Of a stretch of 64,000 bases of DNA, positions 38,001 through 57,350 are shown piece after piece. Position 1 is the stretch's first letter; every line of letters begins with the position of its first letter. The stretch lies in NCBI GenBank assembly GCA_050084515.1, contig CM114271.1, positions 30,194,001-30,258,000 on the forward strand, written 5' to 3'. The stretch comes from Blasia pusilla. Its lineage: Eukaryota. Under the pieces are notes generated by a model, which did not search any database, was not told the DNA's origin, and worked only from the letters and a program-made list of their open reading frames with translations. The position numbers and the translations under genes were made by a program.

Positions 38001-39899
38001 ATATTTTGTAAAAATACATGCATAACATATTGCAAGACTACTCAATCTTGGTGAAGTAGGTCTTCTTATATTATAACCAAACTCTCAATGTGTGGCCATC
38101 ATTCTATAGTTAGCCCAAAATTTGTGCATAAAGAATCTCATTCATATTTGCTGACCTTGTATATATCTAGTTTGATATCTTATCACCAACAAACATTCTC
38201 CTTTTTTCATAATATCACACCATTCAAAACAAGAGCTCCATAATATATATTATATTCTAGAGACTTGCAACCTCCTCCAATTATAAAACAACATATTTTA
38301 TAATAAGAATGGTGAGATCCCAATTTGATAAGCTACAATTCTTTCTCCACTCCAAGATGCTCAAACCCATTTCTTATACCAAATCTAGATAAAAAATTCC
38401 GTCAATAATATATATTTAATAATAATTGTCTAAGACTTCATAATTGCGTCTCTGAATATAATTTTTTCCATTAAAAGTTCCAGTGCCAACCACATTGTTA
38501 CGATTAGGCTTTTGCTAACCATCATTTTCTGAAATGGAAGGTTGCATTTATAGCTACAATAAAACGGATGCAATATTGTGGCTATCACGACATTATTCTT
38601 CAGAGTAATCTCCAATGTACAATGTGAGTAATCTAGTATGTAGTATACCCACATTATACATCATGCAAAGGATTCTTGAAGGACTATATCATACCACATC
38701 CAAACCACCTTCCTATTTATGATTAGTGTAGTTCAAGGCAACCTTGTACTGATTTCAACATGTACATGACATCGAAGAATATAAAAAAAAATTCCTAGTG
38801 TTAATCGATCCTCTTTAGCTTCTCTCTATTATAGACTCTAAAATAGGAGTTGAATCCTAATATAATGGATTCCACTAAGGATTTCTCTATGTGTCCTTGT
38901 TGTTAACTTTTTGTCTAATTGAATTTAAATACGGAAGTTTGGAATCTACATTTCCTTCCATCTATTCCAAAATCCATCAAACGAATATTTACAATAAATC
39001 TTGCAATATATAAACATGTTCACAGATTACAAAGCCTTGATAGTGTTACGTAAACCCTCATCTAGGTTTTTTTTGTTACCATCTATAGTAGTTGAAAAAT
39101 ACTAAAATAATCACATGATTCAGAGAAGGATCAAGTCAATCACAACACAAACTATGATCCTAACCATTATGAGTTGAATATTTTACAAGATGTAGCTTAA
39201 TCATTGCCTATTTAGAAACATTTTTCCATTGATATCTTCGACATCGATAGTCTTTATTTATAACAAAATTCTTTTGCATGATAAAGTCTTCTAACAAATA
39301 TTACAAGTACCTCTTTAGATCCTCATCTTACAATAAAAACAAATTTGTTATCCTTTTATTTCTATATCTATAAGGATATTTCTCATGACATTCTTTATTT
39401 GAAGATTAACATTATAACCGCTGTAGGCGTATGCTTAGTGTATTTTTACTCTACAAACCTTATTCACTTTTGATGCATTAACTTAGACAATAAACAGCCT
39501 TATGTTCACCTTGCAGAAATTGTATACTCAATTGAAAACTATACAAGTTAAGGAAGGAGAAATCACATCTTTAAGAAGAATATTTATATTCTCGTTTATC
39601 CAAGTGTTCGATCATCCCACTACTTTCCGATAGTCCTTTTTGGCATCTTTGTCATCTAAAAGAATTGAAAGCAATGGTACATAATTGGGATATGCCCCTT
39701 TATTTTTCTAACCTTCACATCTCATGAGGTCTCAACCACAGAATAGCCTAAATTTGAGAATATTGAATCGAAGCCCTCTTAACAAATTTTAATTGTACAT
39801 TTTCTTGGCATAATGCCCTTATTGAATGTCCACAATTATTTCACTTAAGCCTACATACTTTCATGCAAAAAAACATCCGAGGTGGACTGCAAATACTTA

Positions 39900-42600
39900 G
39901 TAAGGTTCTTATCTGTTTATTACGATATGAGTTGTAGGGTAGGGGTAACCTTCATTGCCATATGGTACTCTGGGTAGACACAACCATTATAGACTAAGTT
40001 ACGTTAGAAATTTGTATACATATTTTGTCTAATCTATAAATATCTATCTGTCCAAACACATCAACAGATACAACCTCTATTGAAGGCATATTATTATATT
40101 ATGTAGTAACAAAAAAATTCCACATGCGTAAGGAAAATGCATATCTTCTCAAGAAAAGAAATGAAAAAAACCTTACTATATTTAGGCTTCCCTACCAATC
40201 CAAATTTAAACACCATATTTTACATTGATGCGAAGATCATGAGATGGACTTACTTTTGGCCTTCGACAGAGAATGGTAACGGCATATCCTACCATCTATA
40301 TTTATTGATTCTTTGGGGAGCTCACGTTCATGAATATACAACGTGTTACCACCACTGAATGGTCATTCAATATGTTGAAGTTTGCATTAAAATATGAGTC
40401 AACAGGATCCCTAGATACTAGTGCACAAATTTCGAAGTGCCTAGGGCTTTGTGCTATTGATGAAGTTAAAGTAAAATTAATCGTTAGTGTAGTGTTGAAT
40501 AAATCCATCTTTAGAAGTTTCTTTAACCCCCGTGCATATATCCATAATATACCATTCCCAAACAGTACAGTACATTGATTCCAACCCTCCATGTCGTCGG
40601 AGTTCATAATACAAGACGACATGCGTTTCTTACATTCATCATATTATTTTATACTCAAATAGATCTACCCTTCTTGGAGAATATACTTTCATTCAATATT
40701 GATCAACCTCTAAATTACAAAAAGAATATCCCAAGAACACCAACAATGTTGTTGGTTTAGACAATCTGAGAAATGTTGTCTGTAGAACTTCTAGAGTTGT
40801 TCGCTTCACTCAATTACATCCTCTCCATCAAAAGAGGGAGCTTTTTTTACAACTCTTTTGCACCACGTTTTGTTCAAGTTTGAGAGTTCTCTTATGTCTT
40901 ATTCTCATACCAGATAGGACTTACTTACATGAATGCATATGTAGGAAGATCATAACAAAGATTGAAGATATATATGACTTAGTTAAGACTTATGCCATAA
41001 AAATTCTATGGGGTCAAGTGCATATAGCATAAATTATTTCCAAGGTCACTCATGTATAACAACCTGAACTAGACATAGATCTCTCCCAAATGATACTTCA
41101 ACCATTATCATAAACAATTGAATTCATCACTGATTGAATGTAGTTAGGCTAAGGAACCTGATTTACAACCTTTGAATCACGAAAAATTAAGTATATTTCC
41201 CTAGTTAGAAGCCTACATTATTGTCTAGTTCTCCTTAAAGATCCTCGTTGTCGTGGGAAGACATTTACTATCAAATTCACGTATGTGTCCACTGCTAATT
41301 GCCACAACAAATTTTGCCCTTGTTAGACTACACTACGAACTTACCACTATTCATTTTGCTTTTGCAATATCAATTAAAGATGATCGCATTTACAACCTTT
41401 GAATGATGAACAGTTACATTTTTTCCCCTAGTCAAAAGCTTACATTCTAGTCTAGTTCTCCTTAAAGATTCTCTTGATCGTGGTAAGATTTTTTTTCATC
41501 AAATTCACTTTTGTGTCCACTGCTAACTGCCACAACAAATCTTTTCGTTGTTAGACTACACTATGAGGCTACCACCCTTCATCTTGCTTTTGCAATACCA
41601 ATTAAAGGTGAATTACCAAGCATGAATGCTAGTTCTAACATCTATATCAATCTCAAAGTATACCAATATTCTATGCTTACTCCAAAACTTCCCCAAATTA
41701 TAGCAATGCGGCTTAGTGAAGTCTCCCTTGAGAACTATATGAGTCTATTTTCAGATAAGTTGATAGTCCTAGTAGGAGACTTTTGCTAGATACCACCCAT
41801 TTGTAAGCATGAGTTTGCTAGATTATGTGCTAGTTGCCACATAGCTTTATCTACATTCTTCCAATGTATTCGGACTCATGAATTGACTATACGCATGAGG
41901 TAGAATGAGCATCCTGGCTATCTTGTATTTTAAACTCTATAAGGACAAAAATACCAACTTCTACACAAATATGACGTTGTATTTCTCAATGTTTTATCTC
42001 TAAGAACGAAGCTATCAACTTTGTTCATTTTGACACTACAATATTTGGCATACATTGTGAAGATATTGCTATCTTTAATCTAATAACTTTGAGAAGATTG
42101 TTCAATGATGCCTTTATTACAAGAAGAAATGTGATGTGAGATGCTCTTATCACACCTCAATTTACTTCTTGGATACAAGATACAAGTTTCTATCAATTAC
42201 CCTTTGCTTCGATTAATTGTATTGTCATGTTTATGTCCAACATCAACATAAAAGCTCAAGCAGCAAATAGATCCTTAACTAGGATCACTGAACTTATTCA
42301 TGATGAAGATGAAGTTACCAATATTTTTGTTACTATCCTTTCCAACGGTAAGTCTATTCACATAATTAGATCAAAGTTTTCATCTCTTATGTACAAATCA
42401 AATCACAATTAAGTTAAGAAATTTTTTTCCCTTGTGCTTGGATATGCTATGACTGCTCTTAAGAGTCAAGGTTCTAGAATTTTTGCTTGATGTCTCAGAG
42501 TTGTCAAATCTTTCTTTGCATTTGGACTTTTGTATGTTATGTATGTTATGCTTTCTCGTATAAAAATAGGAATTCGTTAAAGATATTTGGAAGATTAAAA
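39900..42600 (+). mobile_element. Degenerate Helitron Rep-helicase gene
   Basis: HUH motif RYEL*GRGNLHCHMVLW (~39923-39975) and WGAH..MNIQRV...MLKFALK (~40315-40390). Walker A-like RGKTF (~41251), then PIF1 motifs VLVGDFC*IPP (~41766), LVLGYAMTALKSQG (~42430-42472) and YVMLSR (~42543). Order is colinear. Confidence 0.85.
41161..41612 (+). repeat. Diverged ~227-bp tandem duplication spanning the helicase Walker A region
   Basis: ATTTACAACCTTTGAAT starts at 41161 and 41388. Both units contain GTCTAGTTCTCCTTAAAGAT and TGTGTCCACTGCTAA. Confidence 0.88.
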
Positions 42601-45600
42601 CCTAAGGACTTTGAGGTCTTTAGGGACTAGTGCTAAATTGCGTGCTCTAAATTTTTTGCAATGTTCCAAAGAAGACTACATAGCATCTCGCAGCAACTGG
42701 ATGTGCGGCTAACCAGGAAGGTCTTCAAGTGACTAGTATCATGCAGTCCACGTCTCTCAAATTGGGCAATCTCTACCGTCACATGACACAGACTCAACAC
42801 CACCCCAGTTCAATGTTGACGATCATTCTACTACAATTCAACAACAATCTAATGTTCAAACTCAAGTTTGTTCCTTTCTATATTTTATTGTCAATAACCA
42901 AACCTTCATCCTAAATCTTCTCCTAACATGATGTTTTCAGGTTTCCTCTGAACTACTTGGATGTCGCTAACATGATCTTAAATGGCATATGCAACCACTA
43001 GAAGAACAACAAGCCACGATTCACAACACCAATAGAGAATCGAATGAAATATTTAGACAACTCAAAGATAATGCCATCATTCTGGGAGCATGGAATTATT
43101 GGACACCAAATCCAAAGCTTCATTAGTCAAGGTCAAGTGTGAGAGTCTAAGTTTTGACATATCTACAAAGATTGTCCTATTGAAGACTAAGTTACAATCA
43201 AGCTCATCGGACATCCAAACTACTACATTTTGTACACAAACAAAATAGGGAAGCTTAATCTTGGTTAGTCAATTAAGCGCGATCATCTTAACTAGGGTTA
43301 GTTAATCATAATTAGTCTAACTCAAGACTATGGTTAGGGTTGGTTGTACATACCCTATATAATTGAGAAGGGGGCCAACCTCCACTTATTCTCTCATTGC
43401 AAAATTTTGTTCTCCATGGTGGTGTGTGAGTGTGAGAGTTGTATCCCACCAGTTATGTTTCTTTAGTAGTTTCCTACAAGTCCAACTTCAAGCAAGTTAC
43501 ATGGATTTATTACAACTTATTTTTCACTTGCTCTAATGTTTGAATCAAAGTTAACAATTAACACCCTAATGTATTATTATTTGTATTTTCTATTTAATAT
43601 GCATGAATTGAGAAAGAGGCATTAAGATTCAAGAATGTTGATTTTAAAAAAGCATCTCTCATAAGAAAAGATGCAATATGTTTGTTCAATCTAATCTTAG
43701 GCAGAATACAGCTAGATCAGCTTCGATTGATTAAACACTAGCTTAAACATCAAATGCAATTGCCTCTCACTATGCTTTTGGGTTGATAATCTGTGAAAGC
43801 TATTCATCTCAACCAATGATGATGGGAAATTGCTAGAATTTGTTCCCCTTGCCAATAGATCTTGATAGCACTCACCAACTCCCTCTATTTCCAAATTTTT
43901 ATGATGTAATCATGAAATTTTCCCAGTAGAATGCCATACCCATGTCTCACGCTTAACTATTCCCTACATCAACACTCAGCTCTTATGACTCAAATATGCT
44001 TGTGACATCTCCGTACAAATGCAAGTGTGTATAAGGTACATCTACATCTCTCTAGGTACATATATATCCTACCCACACTGATCTTCAATTATTTCGTTTT
44101 TTTGCTCTATATTTCCTTCATTTTCTCACATTTATTTTCCTTATCATTTTTCCATACCAACTCTCAATGTGGACAACATAAATATCTAATGTTGTGTCCA
44201 ACCTCACCATTTACAAATTTTTTTTGTTTAATCGATGATTACAATTCAATCTTGTTTTTTTTTAGTTAAGTCTTGGATTCTTATATATCTAAGACTATAT
44301 TGAATTTGTGCATTGCACTCTATTATACTAATGCTTGTATATAAATTTTGAATAGTAGGTTTCAAAATTTATAGAATGAGATAAATAATAGGTTCATCAT
44401 TGATATAAACATCATTTATCTCGTCATGTAGAGTTATTTCATGCATGTTATTTTTTTCTATACTTATTAATTCCATAGATATCTTCCAACCTTGTGTTTG
44501 CTTTCATATATGGATTCTTATATGTTGCCTTTATCTTATGAAGCTTCATATTTAGGGAGATTTTACTCTCATTCTGCTTTCATTTACATCACTTGTATCT
44601 ACAATTGATTCTTATATACATCCATACACTTTTCCATATTTTCTCTTCTTCATTTTTCATTTCTACTATTGCATAGCAAATACTTTTACATATACTTTAC
44701 AACATCTCATTGATTCCTTTATTTTGCTTTTTCGCACAGAATTGAACGTTGCATTCTCATCAACCTTCACGACGTGGCTCATTCCATCAGCCATCTCCCC
44801 CATGTACCATTCGTATAGCAGGACCAAGAAGCCAACACCATTTTGTTCATGTTAACATTTATAGTGAACAACAACTTTGACATGCGAAGCCACAAGACCA
44901 TGATAATTATATTTCCGCCCTCTCTTATTGATGCAGAGTTTGCCTTCAAGCATTGCAAATTGAGATTGATGTTCTCAATGGATGGCTCAGCTAAAAAATT
45001 GAAGACAACCAAGACCAAATTGCAGAAGTGCTTGCTTTGAGAGACCAATTAAAGTAGGCACGAGACTAGATGTCTCATTTTGCTAAGGATATTCAACTAC
45101 TTATTCATGATGATCCCAAACTTTTCTCTTCAATCACATATTATTCTGTCTATGGTCAAAGAGTTTAGAAGTAAGCTCTACAATTCCTTTTAAAATTACC
45201 TTCTCAATTTGTACCTTTGTATACATACTATGCATAAACAATGTATGGTGATGTTTATACCAATAGCCAGACCTTTATTCAACAATTTTTGCACACCTTG
45301 CACTGCTATTTTTCATTCCATATGCCATTTTGGGGCTACTCATATGTCAAAAGTGGTTGCAACTTCCCACTTACCAAGCTTACAATTCACTCTATGCGAT
45401 TATTTTCTTATGCATATCATGTTCTTTACTATCTTAAACCATTTAGTTCACTCCAATTTTATGTGCCATTTTTTCCTTGCTAGAGATTATATCTTGAATG
45501 GACTTTTAATAAGTTGGGCTCATGCATTTTTGGCCATCCACTTCTAATGGAAAAATATGTGTTGTTGGAATTCAACACTGCATCATACTCTCTAACAAAG

Positions 45601-46500
45601 AATCATGTTGCATTCTCAGTAAGAATCCAATTGAGCTATACATTTACTGCTACACTATTTTCCACCTTACTTCTATATCGTTTCAAGTATAACACCACCG
45701 ACCTTCCTCTAAATTTATCTTAGACTTGTATGTGATCATATATTCTCTACGTTTTTATCATACTTAACTCTACATAGTTCCAAATCAAGTACTTAAGGTC
45801 TCTTATCCCTATATGACAAAATAAATCAAATTTTCAACATTTTGTCTATTTTTTTTTTTTATCGCCACTAATAACCTTTTCTCTTATATTCATGTCACAA
45901 ATTTTCTCATTTTCTTTATTTATTGCACATGGGAAGAATGGTTCACCCACAAGCCCCAAATTAAAAAATATTTTAGCTTATTCTACTCCTAAGGGTTCTA
46001 CTCATATATTCGCCAATTTACATTGAAATTATTTAATACTAGACACATATGAAATTTTACCTAAACCTATACATACTCTAAAGCATGTTTGTTACGTCAC
46101 CTAATAGAACTAGGGGACATACTTGTCACTTGGGGAAGTAAACCATGACGGATACAACAATTCTCAAATGTACATCTAAGAGAGCATGGGGTAAGAAAAC
46201 CCTTACATTTAAATGTTGACACTTTTCCTTTCAAAGCTCTTCCCATGATGACACCTCTTTAAAAATACTAAAATTAAAAGGAACAAAGACTTAACATACG
46301 CTAATTTTTTTTTGCTAGTGTAATAAAAATTTCCGTCGTGATACATAAGCTTTGAATCGCTCGCGTAGCTATATCCACATACGTTTGAATACACCACTTT
46401 AATTGCCGTTCCCCGGGTTTGCTATGCGAGGCCTTTGACACCCACAACTTGCAAGGAATCAGACCATCAACACAGCACCCTCCAGGAAAACCAGATGAAA

Positions 46501-46598
46501 GGTCGGGAGCTCATTCCTCAACCGACACCCAATAGAAAAGAGCTCCCGCCATCTTAGATTCACTCTCCCGCCAGCTCAGCAGTTCCTTTCCCGCCAAA
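46501..46598 (+). promoter_or_regulatory. Cluster of E2F-binding sites upstream of MCM5
   Basis: Canonical TTTCCCGC(CAAA) at 46587-46598, with related CTCCCGCC at ~46543 and ~46565. MCM genes are established E2F targets. Confidence 0.75.
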
Positions 46599-46842
46599 TT
46601 CTTTCGAGCTTTGTTCATTTAGACCTTTCTTTCGCAATTCGGTGTTGCCTCTGCAATGCGCGGTCCGATTTCTCTTTCGTAGCGGCCAGAGGTCGGAAAA
46701 TTACGCGGCCAAGCTAGCGCCGCGAGAATCCTCGACGACAGCTTCTGCATTCTCATGAAGAGAAATGTTGTGCATTTCGACGAGGGAAAAGAATCTGAGA
46801 CCGAAGCGCACATTTTGAAGAATCCGTGGTTTGATTTGATAT

Positions 46843-46920
46843 ACAGAGACACAGGGAGATAGCGAGAGCGAGAGAGGGAGAGAGAGAGAGAGAGAGGGAT
46901 AGAGGGATAGAGGGATAGAG
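46843..46920 (+). repeat. GA-rich microsatellite tract in the MCM5 5' leader
   Basis: (GA)n plus three AGAGGGAT units directly before the ATG. Confidence 0.8.
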
Positions 46921-46928
46921 TTTGAAAG

Positions 46929-54760
<7,832 letters not shown>

Positions 54761-54999
54761 TTAGGAAAGAAATCTACCTTCGAACTCATGAAAAGCCTCA
54801 TTGTCCTTTTTGTCGTGTGGGTATCTGTCAGACCCTTCGTGTCACCATCACGATCTGCTCCAGATTTGATCAGGAGCCCTATTCTTCTACAGCGATGTAT
54901 CAAAATAACATTGGTGGCGTCCAAATGTTCTCGAGGCGTGGACTTAGACAATCTCCTCCAGACGTTATCGTGAAGGTATAGGTGCAGGGCATAGACGAA

Positions 55000-57350
55000 C
55001 ATCAATGCCCGCATAGACTCCAATCACACGAACACAACCCAAGAGGTTCTAGACGAACTAGATCTCATCTTTGAGCTCTTGTCGCATACGCTGCAACTTC
55101 CTCTCCATTCATGAGTCACAAGGCCTGCGGGGAGTAACTTCAGTTAGTAGTCTGGAAATTCTTCTCCATTCCTTCCTAAGAAAAGAGAGCTCTTTTCCCA
55201 GATCGTCGATGAAGTAGATGGCTGGAGTTGGTGCCTTTGTAATATATTACTGGTTAGGATTGGTCACATAGCCTTCGAGCTTTATCATGGAAGTTTTTGG
55301 CATCTTACAATCTACAGTGGATGCCACCATAAGTTGGCACAATGGTTGTACCTCTTGATCCACTTGATGTATATCGTAGTCTAGTATATTAGGTGTACAC
55401 AATCTTACCGTGGGGTGGGTGAATCTCCCTCTGTTCAGTACTAACTGAGTTCTAAGACTTGTGTAGAGCTCGTGTTCTACCTCTCGGAATATGACGATTT
55501 TCTCCCTGTCAGCTAGGGTGCGTCGGTGGCCTTGGCCGCTTCGTTGAGTTTGAACTAGGAAGCGTGTGATGCCACGGAACAAGTGAATGACTCGACTTAT
55601 CTCGGTGGTGGATGGAAAGAAATTAGGGGCCGAAGCTGTCTGTCACTTGTTCCCTACTTGTGTCTCGGGCATGCATCTGTACCAACCTATTGCAAGGGAA
55701 GCCTCCCATGGCTCCATCGCTGAACAAGGAGAGCGCAGGGAAGTTACCTAGGCTGGGGATGATTCTCTGGAACCAGTGACGTTCTGAGTTGTAATTGAGG
55801 AATGACAGGATCGGCTAATTCTTGAACGATCTATAATAGCTCGGTTTTTCACAAGTGTTGATTGCTACCAAGCTTGCTCTACAAGCACTCTTCTTGAAGG
55901 TATGTTTTTCTTGCCTGGGCTCGTCTCCATTGCTTTACCATGAAACTGTATCAGCCCTCAAGCCGCACTTGATGATTTATAGGTTTCCAGATCATGTGAT
56001 TGGCAGCCGCCTACCCTCAACGTCCAACATTTGCTTGAATCCTTCCTCATGACTGCCCTCAGATCATGTAACCCTACCTGCACTTGAAATTCCTCGAGTC
56101 TGTCTTCTGGGTAAGTAGAGTCGTTGCTCTCTAAACCTCACCGGTCTGAGGAGGAATCGTGTAGACTCACTAGACTCGCAGTTCCTACATCCTTCTCGGT
56201 ATTATATAGACTTATATAATACCGAGAAGATATAATATCCTCTAGAAACCCATGTTCTCTAGTTCTTGTAGCCGAACGTACGCGTGGTTCTCGAAGTCTT
56301 GTCATTAATTTCAATGGGGTCCTCGTTTTTAACTCCAGGGCTTTAAATCATTGATCACATTCTCAATAGAGGAGCTGCTCTTAGATGTCCTTACTCGAGA
56401 ATTCCTCAAGGTTGTGTTCCAAGCATCAAATATTGACAGGAATTGATTAAATGGGTGTCGAAAAAATAGACCTTTCCCTTGGAATGCTCCGATCATCGCA
56501 CTCTTTCTCTTCCTCACCTTGGTTGTCACCATTTCCTTCAGCTCTGATTGTCACCAACTCCCAAAACATAAACATGTACATACATAGTTTAGGACAGTAT
56601 TTTACCGACTGGAGTGGGAGTCCGCGCATTCGATCCATGTTCTGAAGCAGTCATACTCCTCACTTTCTCTGATTAGGATCCTGTTTCTCCTACAGGATCA
56701 TAATCGGACATCCTGGTCTAACATACGATCTTCTCCATGACCAAACCGGATGTGGGTTGTGTACGAAGTAACTAATCGTATGTACACCTTCCACTAATAC
56801 AAGTCTTCCATGATGGAAAAATCTATCTAATCCTTGGCGTCGAATATCTCATTTGGTTCTTTGTAACTAAAAACCATTGGTTGTTGCATCGTTCTTTAAA
56901 TATGTCAGATTAAGGATATGAGTACAGATCTGATATCGTTGTAAGCCAACACCTCTTCTAAGGTTTGTTTTAACGCTGAAAGATGCACGAAAGAGATTGA
57001 TAAGATTCTTAGGAAAGCCGGATCGATGCACATGCATTGCATCCAAACATCCACCAAATTTGGTTGCGTCACGTATAGATGGGAGAATTGGATTGAAGTA
57101 ATATACATCATTTACGATCCGAATAAATCTTTACGAAATGAAATTGTCGCAACTTAACTCAGATTGGAGATTTATGCTCTCTATTTGGCCCATATTCTAT
57201 GCAAGGTGAGGTTTTACATATTGTCCATATTATCCGGTATAGATGCGGTATGTAGACTTGCATAGAACTGCTTCTTGTTCCATGTTAATCTAAGATTGCT
57301 CTCGCCTTATATCAACATCAAGGAGCCTCTAAAACATTGAGTCATACTAC
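55000..57350 (-). pseudogene. Putative endogenous negative-strand RNA virus (Mononegavirales/rhabdovirus-like) L polymerase fragment
   Basis: Minus-strand motifs across frameshifts: LPI../LETYKSS...QFHG (56006-55937, motif D/E-like); LFSDGAMGGFP..RL..MHARD...EQVTDS (within stop-free 55814-55626); LEGYVTNP (~55260); MR...SW..VIGV (~55070-55015). Further L-like motifs at 56900-56400 include an exact GDNQ (56530-56519). Confidence 0.6.
56192..56229. repeat. Perfect 17-bp hairpin with a 4-nt loop
   Basis: CTTCTCGGTATTATATA-GACT-TATATAATACCGAGAAG. Confidence 0.97.

Noticed and set aside
43140-43557. Possible solo LTR (CCCTATATAA box, ends GTTAACA)
   Set aside because: No matching 5' TG end, TSD or second copy found.
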